Below are positions 39,733-49,035 of a stretch of DNA of 64,000 bases, one piece after another. The notes under the pieces are model-generated. The model saw only the letters and a list, made by a program, of their open reading frames with translations. It searched no databases and was not told the origin of the DNA. How positions within the stretch are numbered: the stretch's first letter is position 1; each line of letters begins with the position of its first letter. A program made the position numbers and the translations under genes. The DNA lies in assembly GCA_964291405.2 (NCBI GenBank), contig OZ219926.1, positions 3,072,001 through 3,136,000 on the forward strand. Reading direction: 5' to 3'. This DNA is from Thermodesulfobacteriota bacterium (GTDB lineage: Bacteria; Desulfobacterota; Binatia; Bin18).

Positions 39733-40743
39733 ATGACCAAAGTCACAGCACCGACCACCGGCGACACGGCCAGTTTGGGTCGGCTCAACTACCTCGACTC
39801 CTCTCTTCAGAGTTCGCTCTACCGCAACGGCAAAGTGCTCCTCCGACGCGATGCGGACGGCAGCGACAGCGACATGCAGGGGGTCGTCTTTGATGAGCGG
39901 CAGATGCCGGTCCACAACGCCCGCCTGCTCGATGGGCAGAATGGACAAATGCCTCGCAGCCTCGAGACAAACGGCTTTGAACTCCTGACCCGCCCCCTTG
40001 AGCGTCCAGACCTCGATTTTTTCGACCATCAGGAAGTCATTCAGGACTACTACCGTCAATGTGCCCAGATCGTCAGCCAGACGACCGGGGCGGCCTCCGT
40101 CATGGCCTTTGACCATAACGTCCGGTCGGCCGCGGGTAAGCAAAGCCAGCGCCGGATTCGTGGCGGGCAGCAGGTGCAGGGCCCGGCCTCTATCGCCCAC
40201 GGGGACTATACCCTGCGGAGCGCCCCGGAGCGGCTGCAACAACTCGCCCAACCGCCCGGCGGCAACGACACCCTGCGCTCGGTGCTCGACCAAGGCCAAT
40301 CGCTCGTTGAGACCGAAAAGGCGAACCAAGCGCTCGCTCCAGGTGGACGCTTCGCCATCATTAATGTCTGGCGCAATATCGCTGCGGAGCCGGTCGCAAC
40401 CCATCCCCTCGCGTTGTGCGACGCGCAGAGTGTGCATCCCGAAGACCTGGTGGTATTCGAGATTCACTATCGGGACCGGGTGGGCGAGAACTATTTTTCC
40501 AAGTATGCGCCACGACATCAGTGGTACTCCTACCCGGCGATGACCCGGGATGAGGCCCTGCTGATCAAGCAGTGGGACTCGGCCGGACCGATCGCCCGTT
40601 CAGAGGGCCACCGAGCCGATAGCGACGACGCCCAATCGCCGTGCACCTTCAGCTTTCACACTGCCTACCAGGACCCGACAACTCCCCCCGATGCACCCGA
40701 ACGATGGAGTATCGAGGTCCGCTGTATCGCCCTGTATGCCTGA
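39733..40743 (+). CDS. CmcJ/NvfI family oxidoreductase
   Basis: FDHNVR, AHGDYT, INVWR, PLALCDA, HTAY and RWSIEVR motifs. Start moved to the ATG at 39733. Confidence 0.8.
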   Translation: MTKVTAPTTGDTASLGRLNYLDSSLQSSLYRNGKVLLRRDADGSDSDMQGVVFDERQMPVHNARLLDGQNGQMPRSLETNGFELLTRPLERPDLDFFDHQEVIQDYYRQCAQIVSQTTGAASVMAFDHNVRSAAGKQSQRRIRGGQQVQGPASIAHGDYTLRSAPERLQQLAQPPGGNDTLRSVLDQGQSLVETEKANQALAPGGRFAIINVWRNIAAEPVATHPLALCDAQSVHPEDLVVFEIHYRDRVGENYFSKYAPRHQWYSYPAMTRDEALLIKQWDSAGPIARSEGHRADSDDAQSPCTFSFHTAYQDPTTPPDAPERWSIEVRCIALYA

Positions 40744-40822
40744 GCGAGGGGTGAAAAGAGTAAACGTGTCCTCCAATAGGTCCACAGCTGTTGACACGTT
40801 TACTCTTCAGAGACGGGCATGC

Positions 40823-42040
40823 TCATTGCGTCTGACGAAAATATGCTCGCGCCCGGTCTTCGGCCTGGGTGTGAATCAGCAGGGTCAGTAGCAGACTGCT
40901 GCCCAGGGCTGAAGCGATAAGCGCATAGGACAGGGCGGAGTAGCCGATGTGTGCCACCGCCAGCCCCCCGATAGCAGCCCCAATCGCATAGCTGGCATAG
41001 CCGCTGCCGGATAAGACCCCGGTCAACGTTCCTCTCGCGCTTCCGCCCACATCGACGCCGACAACAAAGAGAAGGGTTGCCAGCGGCATGGCGAGCACCA
41101 TAAACACGCTGGTGACAGCTACGCTCAGCCACAGGCTGTCGTCTAATAAAAAAGCGGCTGTACCAGGCAGGGTCGCGATGAGTGCCGTGACCGCTGCTAT
41201 GGACAAACGCCTCTGGCTCCTTCCCATTTTTCCGCCCAGAAAGAGACCGCAGGTTGTGCCGAGGGCAACGATTGAAACAGGCAGGGCGAGCTCTGCGGTG
41301 CCGAGGTGATACGTCACTTGGAGAAAAGGAGGAAAGAAGGTCATAATGAGTCCGTAGGCGGTCCGGACGGTCAGGTTGGTGAACGCCAGCAGCCAGGTCA
41401 CAGAAAAACGCCCGACCTGTTTCAGGCGGCTGCCAAGGATGAGCAGTTTCCGCTGGGCGTTGCGCTCCGGCGTGTAGAGAAACACCATCAGCGTGCATAA
41501 CAGTAAGACACCGCCGACGACCAGGAATGCCGCTCGCCAGCCGGCATACGCTGCAATGAGCGTGACGAACGGGACACCGAGCACGCTGCTCAGACCCGGT
41601 TGGGTCGTTACCACGGCGACCCCCAGCGCCCGTTTTTCAGAGGACAGGAGGTCGCCGAGCAAGGCAATACACGTGGGCGGGACCATGCCTCCGCCTATGC
41701 CGGCGAGGATGCGGAAGACTACCGCACTGGGCAGATTCGGAGCCAGGGCCGTTCCGATTGAAGCCAGGCCGACAAGTAATGCACCAATCAGTAAAATCGG
41801 TTTTCTACCATACGCGTCGGAGAACGGACCAACGACAATGGCCGTTGCGGCCCAGGCAACGGCGGCCGAGGTGACGAGTTGGGCCACGGCTGGCACGGTG
41901 GTGTGCCAGTCGTGCGACATGGCGATTAACAGCGGTCCCAACATGCTGAGTGCGGTCAAGACGGCAAAGACCGTACAGCCGATTGTGATAAGGAATATGG
42001 GCGTGTTGACGGGGCGGGTTGGTTCTGACGAAGTTGGCAT
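40823..42040 (-). CDS. MFS transporter
   Basis: About 12 hydrophobic segments and the GPFSDAYGRK motif A. Confidence 0.9.
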   Translation of the reverse strand: MPTSSEPTRPVNTPIFLITIGCTVFAVLTALSMLGPLLIAMSHDWHTTVPAVAQLVTSAAVAWAATAIVVGPFSDAYGRKPILLIGALLVGLASIGTALAPNLPSAVVFRILAGIGGGMVPPTCIALLGDLLSSEKRALGVAVVTTQPGLSSVLGVPFVTLIAAYAGWRAAFLVVGGVLLLCTLMVFLYTPERNAQRKLLILGSRLKQVGRFSVTWLLAFTNLTVRTAYGLIMTFFPPFLQVTYHLGTAELALPVSIVALGTTCGLFLGGKMGRSQRRLSIAAVTALIATLPGTAAFLLDDSLWLSVAVTSVFMVLAMPLATLLFVVGVDVGGSARGTLTGVLSGSGYASYAIGAAIGGLAVAHIGYSALSYALIASALGSSLLLTLLIHTQAEDRARAYFRQTQ

Positions 42041-42196
42041 GGATGCGTGTGACGAATCGCGCTATCAGGTTGCCGCGGACAGAGCAACAACCGGTGTGCC
42101 TTAGGCAAGACCTAACAATGTATCAGGAAAGGAAAGGTTGGGCAGTGTATCAGCTTGACTGTTGTCATAAGGCACACAATGTCTTAATCTTTCGAT

Positions 42197-42466
42197 GTGG
42201 GGCGTTATCGTTGGAGTCCTGAAAAAAGCCTTCAGCTCAAGAAATTAAGGGGTATTAGTTTTGAGCAAGCGGTCATGCACATTGAGCAGGGCGACGTGCT
42301 TGATATTATTATCCATCCAAACCCGAACAAGTATCCTGGCCAGCAGGTACTCATCCTGAATGTGAACGGCTATGCCTATGCGGTTCCCTTTGTCGAACAA
42401 GGAGAGGACCGTTTTTTGAAGACCATTATCCCGAGCCGAAAACTTACGAAACAATATCTCAGGTGA
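42197..42466 (+). CDS. BrnT-like toxin
   Basis: W..EK...LK..RGISFE, HPN..KYP.Q and FLKTIIPSRK.TK.Y motifs. Confidence 0.85.
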   Translation: MGRYRWSPEKSLQLKKLRGISFEQAVMHIEQGDVLDIIIHPNPNKYPGQQVLILNVNGYAYAVPFVEQGEDRFLKTIIPSRKLTKQYLR

Positions 42467-42469
42467 TCT

Positions 42470-42751
42470 ATGCCAAAATATTATCTGGACGATGAAGAAA
42501 AGGAACTCATTGGGTCTATTGAGAAGGGTGAGTGGCAATCGGTCAAAAAGGTCAAACAAGAGATCAAGAAGCATCAGGCGTATGCCGCGAATACCCTTCG
42601 AAAAGACAAGCGAGTGAACATCAGAATTTCTTCTCAGGACTTAGAGCAACTCCAGGCCAGAGCGGTAGAAGAGGGCATTCCATACCAGACGCTCATGGCG
42701 AGTGTCCTCCATAAATTTATTTCTGGACGTCTCGTGGAGCGGCCTCGATAA
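42470..42751 (+). CDS. Antitoxin (RHH, CopG/BrnA-like)
   Basis: KRVNIRIS..DL..LQ.RA.EEGIPYQTL motif; 3 bp after the toxin. Confidence 0.85.
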   Translation: MPKYYLDDEEKELIGSIEKGEWQSVKKVKQEIKKHQAYAANTLRKDKRVNIRISSQDLEQLQARAVEEGIPYQTLMASVLHKFISGRLVERPR

Positions 42752-42787
42752 CCTCCCTGATACAAGCAGCCTGGGAAGAGAGTCGGC

Positions 42788-43495
42788 ATGACAAAAAAAG
42801 TCTGTATTGTCACTGGTGTTGGACAGGGAACAGGACAGGGGGTTGTCCGTCGATTTGCCGAGGGTGGCTATCGGGTCGCCATGCTAGCCCGCAATATGGA
42901 ACGTCTTACCCAGTTTGAGCAGGAGATTGCCGAAACCACGGCATATCCGTGTGACATCAGCAATGAAGCCGAAGTGAACGCCACGGTTGCGGCCGTTGCC
43001 GAGCAACTCGAACCCCCGACCGTCCTGATTCATAACGCCGTCAGTTTTGATGCGATCTTTGGCACCTTCCTGGAGATCGACCCTGCGGCTCTTCAGCACA
43101 ACTTTCAGGTCAACACCATGGGGTTGCTGTATATGGCTCGGGCGGTGACACCGTATATGCTCGAAGCCGGGCAGGGCGCAATCATGGTGACGGGCAATAC
43201 GGCGTCGAGGCGGGGCCGTCCGCAATTTGCCGCCTTCGCGCCTACCAAAACCGCTCAGCGGATTCTTGCCGAATCCATTGCCCGCACCCTCGGTCCGCAA
43301 GGCATCCACGTGTCTTTTCTGGTCATTGACGGCGGTATTGATATGCCGTTTGCCCGCACCTTGCTCAAGGACAAACCGGACGATTTTTTCATTCAAACGA
43401 CGGCGATTGCCGACACCATCTGGCACATCGTCCACCAGGACCGCTCGGGCTGGACCTTTGAGCTTGATATCCGGCCGTTCGGGGAGGAATGGTAG
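42788..43495 (+). CDS. SDR oxidoreductase
   Basis: GVGQGTG, TGNTASRRG, K.AQR.LAESIAR.LGPQGIHV and WTFELDIRP motifs. Confidence 0.9.
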   Translation: MTKKVCIVTGVGQGTGQGVVRRFAEGGYRVAMLARNMERLTQFEQEIAETTAYPCDISNEAEVNATVAAVAEQLEPPTVLIHNAVSFDAIFGTFLEIDPAALQHNFQVNTMGLLYMARAVTPYMLEAGQGAIMVTGNTASRRGRPQFAAFAPTKTAQRILAESIARTLGPQGIHVSFLVIDGGIDMPFARTLLKDKPDDFFIQTTAIADTIWHIVHQDRSGWTFELDIRPFGEEW

Positions 43496-43521
43496 ACCGG
43501 CAATCCAGACAAGAGAGGCTG

Positions 43522-43815
43522 TTACATCGCCAGATAGGTATTGATTGCCTTCTTTCCGTCCACGACAAGGGCAATCTCCACGCCCTCGATTGCCGGTTGT
43601 GTCGTCAATTCCAAGGTTGTTCGGATATCGTTCACGGCGTGCTCGGTGACATCGGCGATGACGTATAGCTTGCGTTTGCCGAGATCGGCCAGCGTATGGA
43701 TGATGGTCACACCAGGAAAGGGATTCATGAGCCGTTCCTGGACGACCTGGGCCGCGGCTCTATTCTCTGCCTGACTCGCTCCTGCGCGCCATGTGACGGT
43801 AATCAACACATTCAT
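43522..43815 (-). CDS. Small alpha/beta protein (DUF3303-like)
   Basis: 97 aa from the ATG at 43815 with a GGAGG RBS. Family assignment is tentative. Confidence 0.6.
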   Translation of the reverse strand: MNVLITVTWRAGASQAENRAAAQVVQERLMNPFPGVTIIHTLADLGKRKLYVIADVTEHAVNDIRTTLELTTQPAIEGVEIALVVDGKKAINTYLAM

Positions 43816-44080
43816 ATACGCCTCCCGTGTGAAAGAGTGCTCGCTTGTGGCCTGCTTGTTGTACTGCTTTTTGACGAGGCTGCAAACCATCCCTTCCCGA
43901 CGCAGAACTGACTGGGAGGCTTGTCCGAGATTTCGCCTGAGAGACAGGCCGGAGCGGAGAATCACTCACGCCGGGTATTTCTCCAGCGCAGTGTTGTCCT
44001 CTCTCCAGAAGTGGTATGAGACTGGAAAGGGAGCTGGAACCGGTAACCGCATACGCGAGGGAAAGGGGATTCCTCTTGAT

Positions 44081-45316
44081 ATGGCTACACAAGCGCACAA
44101 CAGGGATGCGGGCACGAACGGTACGGTCTGGCACGAGGCTTATCCGGAGCTTGGAACCGGGCCGATTCCGATTGAGCCGTGTGTTTCAGCGGAATACTTC
44201 GAGTTGGAGCGAGAGCGCATCTATAAGCAGACTTGGCTCAACGTGGGTCGTATTGAACAGCTTCCTCGGCCGGGGGACTATTTTGTCAAAGACCTGTCCG
44301 TCTGTGATACGTCGATTATCCTGACGCGCGGTCGGGACGGAGCCCTGCACGCGTTCCATAATATGTGTTCCCACCGGGGCAATAAGATCGTGTGGGATCA
44401 GAAGGGGTCGTGTCAGAACTTGACGTGTAAATTTCACGGCTGGAGCTATGGTCTCAACGGCGACCTACGATTCGTTCCAGATGAAGAGCGCTTTTGCGAT
44501 CTCAAAAAAGACCGGCTCGGTCTCACGCCGATCCGGGTCGATGTGTGGGAAGGCTTTATTTTTATTAACCTCAGCCCGACTCCCGCAGAAACCCTTGAGG
44601 AACATCTCGGCGAGCTTGGAGCCGGATTGGAAGGGTACCCGTTTGCGCAGCTGACGACCTGCTATGCCTGGCATACGGAACTGAAGGCCAACTGGAAGGT
44701 GCTCAAAGACGCCTTTCACGAAGCCTATCATGTGCCTTTCCTCCATAAGCGTTCCCTGCCCGATTCGTTTACCAGCCCAGACAATCCGTATGCCCACGCT
44801 TTTGCGTTTAAGCTATATGAACGCAACCACCGGATGTCCGTCTTTGGGAATCCTGGCCATCAGCCGAGCCCGGTCGAACTTCTGGCCCATCGCTTCGGAG
44901 CGTCGATTGTCAGACGCGACTGGGAGATGGCTGACTTACCACCGGGGGTGAATCCGGCCCGGAGCCCGTTTTGGGCCTTTGATGCCAATATGATTTTCCC
45001 TAATTTTGATGTGTTTGTTTTTGATGGGACCTATCTAACGCATCATTTCTGGCCACTCGCGCCGGACCGAACCCTCTGGGAAGTCAAGACGTATTTCCCC
45101 GCTGCCCAGAACACTGCGCAGCGTTTCAGCCAGGAGTACAGCAAGGTGCTGCTGCGCGAGGCATTGCTGGAGGATGCCAGTACCCTGGAGGCAACCCAGT
45201 CCATGCTGGCCTCAGGCGCGAAAAAAGAATTCGTGCTCCAGGACCAGGAACTCCTGGTCCGGCACGGGCATAAAGTCATAGAGGATATGGTTGGTTTCTA
45301 CCGGGCCGGGGCATAA
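44081..45316 (+). CDS. Rieske non-heme iron oxygenase alpha subunit (paralog 1)
   Basis: CSHRG...CKFHGW, EAYHVPFLH and LLED motifs. Start moved to the ATG at 44081. Confidence 0.92.
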   Translation: MATQAHNRDAGTNGTVWHEAYPELGTGPIPIEPCVSAEYFELERERIYKQTWLNVGRIEQLPRPGDYFVKDLSVCDTSIILTRGRDGALHAFHNMCSHRGNKIVWDQKGSCQNLTCKFHGWSYGLNGDLRFVPDEERFCDLKKDRLGLTPIRVDVWEGFIFINLSPTPAETLEEHLGELGAGLEGYPFAQLTTCYAWHTELKANWKVLKDAFHEAYHVPFLHKRSLPDSFTSPDNPYAHAFAFKLYERNHRMSVFGNPGHQPSPVELLAHRFGASIVRRDWEMADLPPGVNPARSPFWAFDANMIFPNFDVFVFDGTYLTHHFWPLAPDRTLWEVKTYFPAAQNTAQRFSQEYSKVLLREALLEDASTLEATQSMLASGAKKEFVLQDQELLVRHGHKVIEDMVGFYRAGA

Positions 45317-45333
45317 ATATCGGCGGTGTGATA

Positions 45334-45364
45334 TTGACCAAAAAGCCAGAACATGTTTTAGGTT
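45334..45364 (+). promoter_or_regulatory. Possible promoter with an AAC-NN-GTT palindromic operator
   Basis: TTGACC at 45334 followed by CAGAACATGTTTTA at 45347-45360. Confidence 0.4.
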
Positions 45365-45463
45365 CGGGCTTCACCATGTCGTGTCTGTCCCGACCGGGTT
45401 CCCGGTCAACGAATATGGACATCGGACCATGGAATAGAAAAACCAACCCAGGGAGGCAATGGA

Positions 45464-46753
45464 ATGAGTGCAACACCAAACGGAACTCTGGCAAACGGGA
45501 ACGGTACGGCCAGCGGCTATAAGTGGCACAATAAATATCCCCACCTCGGGACCGGCCCGGTTCCGGCGGACGTTTTTACCTCGCAAGAGCAATTTGAGTT
45601 GGAGCGGGAGCGGATTTTCAAGAAAGTCTGGCTGAACGTCGGGCGGGTGGAACGGATTCCGAATGCGGGTGACTATTTTGTCCAAGACCTGGCCGTGTGC
45701 AATACATCGGTCATTGTCGCCCGTGGCAAAGACGGGGCCGTGCATGCCTTCCATAATATGTGCTCGCACCGGGGGAATAAAATCGCGTGGGATCAGGGTG
45801 GGACGTGCCAGAATTTCACCTGCAAGTTCCACGGCTGGAGTTACAGCCTGGACGGGAAGTTGAAGTTCGTGCCTGACGAGGAGAGCTTCTTTGATCTCAA
45901 GAAGGAGACGCTGGGCCTGACGCCGGTAGCGGTGGGCGTGTGGGAGGGCTTTATCTTCATCAATGTCGATCCCAATCCGACCGAGACCCTACAGGAGTAT
46001 CTGGGCGACCTGGCAACCGGACTGGAGGGCTATCCGTTCGGCGAATTCTCAACTACCAGCACAGCGTGGACCTCGGAGGTGAACGCCAACTGGAAAGTCA
46101 TCAAGGATGCCTTTCAGGAGGTGTACCATATTGCCTTTTTGCACAAACGCTCCATCCCGGACTCGTTTACCAGCAAAGACAACCCCTACGCCCACAGCCT
46201 GGATGCCACCCTGTATCCGCGACATGGCAGTATGTCGCTGTTTGGCAGCGCAGACTACAAACCGAGTCCGGTGGCCAAACTGGCGGCCCAGCATGGCGAG
46301 ATTGTCATTCGTAGCGACTTTTCGATGGACGGTCTGCCGGCAGGGGTGAATCCGCTGCGGAGCGAAGCCTGGTCGCTGGACCTGAACGTCATCTTCCCGG
46401 CGTTCTTTGTCGATGTTTCTCAGGGGTCGTATTTTACCCATCAGTTCATGCCTATTGGCGTGGACAAGACGCTGTGGACCTCAACCCAGTACTATACCAA
46501 GGCGACCACGCCGGGGCAGCGTTTCAGCCAGGAATACGGCAACGTGATCTTCCGCGATATTATCATGGAAGATGGTCGGACCTTCGAGGAAACCCAGTCC
46601 ATGCTCTCGTCCGGGGCGAAAAAAGAGTTTTATCTGCACGACGAAGAGATTCTTATCCGGCACAGCCACAATGTCATTGACAAGATGCTCAAGGGGCAAC
46701 CGGTTGACCGCGCGTTTGCTGCCAATGGAAAGGAGGCGGCTTCCCATGCCTGA
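45464..46753 (+). CDS. Rieske oxygenase alpha subunit (paralog 2)
   Basis: CSHRG...CKFHGW, EVYHIAFLH and IMED motifs. Confidence 0.92.
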   Translation: MSATPNGTLANGNGTASGYKWHNKYPHLGTGPVPADVFTSQEQFELERERIFKKVWLNVGRVERIPNAGDYFVQDLAVCNTSVIVARGKDGAVHAFHNMCSHRGNKIAWDQGGTCQNFTCKFHGWSYSLDGKLKFVPDEESFFDLKKETLGLTPVAVGVWEGFIFINVDPNPTETLQEYLGDLATGLEGYPFGEFSTTSTAWTSEVNANWKVIKDAFQEVYHIAFLHKRSIPDSFTSKDNPYAHSLDATLYPRHGSMSLFGSADYKPSPVAKLAAQHGEIVIRSDFSMDGLPAGVNPLRSEAWSLDLNVIFPAFFVDVSQGSYFTHQFMPIGVDKTLWTSTQYYTKATTPGQRFSQEYGNVIFRDIIMEDGRTFEETQSMLSSGAKKEFYLHDEEILIRHSHNVIDKMLKGQPVDRAFAANGKEAASHA

Positions 46754-47072
46754 GGCACGCTTACCCGAGCAATTCAAGGATTTGGAACAATGGATGGCCT
46801 GGTCGTTGGAGACCGAAGGCGAGCGGAGCGACCACCGTCAGGCCAGCGCCATGGAAGACATCACTGCCTTCTATGAGGCCATGCTGGCGCGCATGGAAGA
46901 GGTGCTGTCCTATTTGGAGCAGTTCACCCTGGATGAACTCCCGGACGACGCCAAGCGCCTGTTTTATCTCACTCTGTCCTTGGCGGAAGTGGCGCCCGCA
47001 GTCGAGCAGTTCGGCCAACCCAGTGTGGTGGACGGCTACGACATCAAACGCTTTGTCGCCACCCACAGATAG
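46746..47072 (+). CDS. Uncharacterised 108-aa Rieske-associated protein (copy 1)
   Basis: ATG overlaps the Rieske stop (ATGCCTGA); clear paralog of 50296-50628. Confidence 0.85.
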   Translation: MPEARLPEQFKDLEQWMAWSLETEGERSDHRQASAMEDITAFYEAMLARMEEVLSYLEQFTLDELPDDAKRLFYLTLSLAEVAPAVEQFGQPSVVDGYDIKRFVATHR

Positions 47073-47116
47073 GGCAGGCGGTAGCCGCGCACGACCTTGC
47101 ATGTCAGGAGAGAGCT

Positions 47117-48223
47117 ATGAAAGTCGGTGTTGATATTATTCATCAGAACCTGGGCCGGCCGCAGCCCGACCATGAGGTGTATCGGGAGGAACAGCGCTTA
47201 GCCGACCTGGTTGAGCCCCTGGGATTCGATTCGTTGTGGAGCGTTGAGCATCACTTCGATGATTACACCATGGTGCCTGATGTGCTCCAATACCTGACTT
47301 TTATGGCCGCCCGGACCACACGCATCCAACTTGGCAGCGCAGTCGTGGTGTTGCCGTGGCACGACCCGGTGCGCGTCGCCGAGCAAATCGCCATGCTCGA
47401 TATTCAGTCCGGCGGCCGGCTGCTGCTCGGCTTTGGTCGAGGAGCCGCGCAGATTGAATACGACGGCTTTCGCGTGGCCATGGATACGTCCCGGGCGCGT
47501 TTTACCGAGGCCGCCGAGGTGGTCACCAAAGCCCTGATGAACGAACGCTTCTCGCATATCGGCAAGTTCTATCAGATTCCTGAGATGAGTATCCGCCCGC
47601 AGCCCCAGACCGACTTTACGGGCCGGATGTATGGAGCGGCCATCAGCCCCGAGTCGGCCGAGATCATGGCCAGGCTTGGGTTCGGGGTGTTGGTGATTCC
47701 GCAGCGCGACTGGGACACCACCGCCGAAGAGCTGGAACGCTATAATGCCATTTGTCGGAGCCTGGGCAAGGAGCCAGTCAAGCCCATTGTCGGCTGCTTT
47801 ATCTATGTTGATGATACTGAGGCCAAGGCCATGGACGGCGCCCGGAAATATATGGGTGCCTATTGGCAGTCGGCGGACGAACATTATCGTTTTTCGCACG
47901 GCGCACACGCCGGCGTGAAAGGCTACGAATACTACGACAAAATGGGTCAGGCCAGCAAACAGATGGGGCCACAGGCGGTCAACGATTATTTCATCAGTTT
48001 TCAGTGTGTGGGCACGCCCGAGATGTGTTTGGAGCAGATCGAGTTCATCAAGCACAAGGTCGATACCGAACACTTCATCGGCATCTTCAAATATGGCGGG
48101 ATGCCCATACAGCGGGCGGAAGAGAATCTGCGCCGTTTTGCCGCAGACGTGATGCCGGGCTTGCACCGGGAAGACTTTCGCGTCCACGCCGAGCCCGCCG
48201 CGGCCGTCGCCGTAGCCGATTAG
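47117..48223 (+). CDS. LLM class flavin-dependent monooxygenase
   Basis: WSVEHHF, VLPWHDPVRVAEQIAMLD and GFGRG motifs. Confidence 0.9.
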   Translation: MKVGVDIIHQNLGRPQPDHEVYREEQRLADLVEPLGFDSLWSVEHHFDDYTMVPDVLQYLTFMAARTTRIQLGSAVVVLPWHDPVRVAEQIAMLDIQSGGRLLLGFGRGAAQIEYDGFRVAMDTSRARFTEAAEVVTKALMNERFSHIGKFYQIPEMSIRPQPQTDFTGRMYGAAISPESAEIMARLGFGVLVIPQRDWDTTAEELERYNAICRSLGKEPVKPIVGCFIYVDDTEAKAMDGARKYMGAYWQSADEHYRFSHGAHAGVKGYEYYDKMGQASKQMGPQAVNDYFISFQCVGTPEMCLEQIEFIKHKVDTEHFIGIFKYGGMPIQRAEENLRRFAADVMPGLHREDFRVHAEPAAAVAVAD

Positions 48224-48252
48224 GGCCGACCTGTCGGTCTTACCTTGATACG

Positions 48253-48282
48253 AAGAGGGGCATGAGGTGTCCCTCTTTTTTT
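48253..48282 (+). terminator. Rho-independent terminator
   Basis: AAGAGGGGCAT-GAG-GTGTCCCTCTT stem-loop running into a T tract. Confidence 0.7.
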
Positions 48283-48311
48283 GTGATGATGGGATACGGG
48301 AGGAATGGTAG

Positions 48312-48887
48312 ATGCGAGATCGAAAGCGGATATATCTGGAGATTTGGAGTCGCATCGAGAACCTTTACTTTGATGGGTATTTGTTTTACGAGCGCACACT
48401 TCAGGCGGCATTATATGCGGAATTGCGCAACACCCTGCCGGACGTTCATGTCATCGCTGAGCCAGTATGGAAAGTAGGCGACCAAAAGGACGGGATGAGG
48501 CCCGATCTCGTCATAGTGGAAAAGGGGCAAATTACCGATATCTTTGAACTCAAATTTTGGGATCCTGTTTTTCAGGAGGATGTCCGAAAATTACTTCGAT
48601 ATGGAGCCAATAATGAAACATATCGGGTACGCTTGAAACGACCAAACACAGGAAGCGAATGGGAGGAATTGCCAGTGCCGAATAGCTGTCGCCTGCATTT
48701 CGTTGTGGTGGCAATGCATGGGAACGATGCCCTGTGTCCGAAATCCCTGAGGGGAGTGGTGAGAGCCCTGAAAGAAGAGACTCCGGCACTGAGAGAGAAT
48801 CCGAGGGTGTTAAGCCACTGGTTTGGACGGCTCGGAGGTGACACAGACGAGACGAAAAAATGGTCCATTGAGGTTGGTATCCAATAA
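48312..48887 (+). CDS. Hypothetical protein, putative PD-(D/E)XK nuclease fold
   Basis: ERTLQAALY...RPDLVIV...IFELK pattern; AT-richer than its flanks. Confidence 0.6.
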   Translation: MRDRKRIYLEIWSRIENLYFDGYLFYERTLQAALYAELRNTLPDVHVIAEPVWKVGDQKDGMRPDLVIVEKGQITDIFELKFWDPVFQEDVRKLLRYGANNETYRVRLKRPNTGSEWEELPVPNSCRLHFVVVAMHGNDALCPKSLRGVVRALKEETPALRENPRVLSHWFGRLGGDTDETKKWSIEVGIQ

Positions 48888-48945
48888 TTTGTTTTAGCAG
48901 CCTTCCTGATACCGATAGAGGACAGACTGGATCATCTCTGGATAC

Positions 48946-49002
48946 CAGCCGCGAGAGGATGATATGTTTGACCCACTTCGATTTGTTCCACAACATCAAT
49001 GA
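48946..49002 (+). pseudogene. 3'-end relic of a Rieske-associated small protein gene
   Basis: 52 of 57 nt identical to 50572-50628; encodes QPREDDMFDPLRFVPQHQ-stop. Confidence 0.85.
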
Positions 49003-49035
49003 CGAGAGGAAACGGACTGATAAAGGGAGAGAGCA

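Noticed and set aside
43793-44080. N-terminal extensions given by the ORF track (also at 2553, 9887, 18813, 18976, 39661, 46572 and 59322)
   Set aside because: Downstream starts have better RBSs or match paralog and family N-termini.
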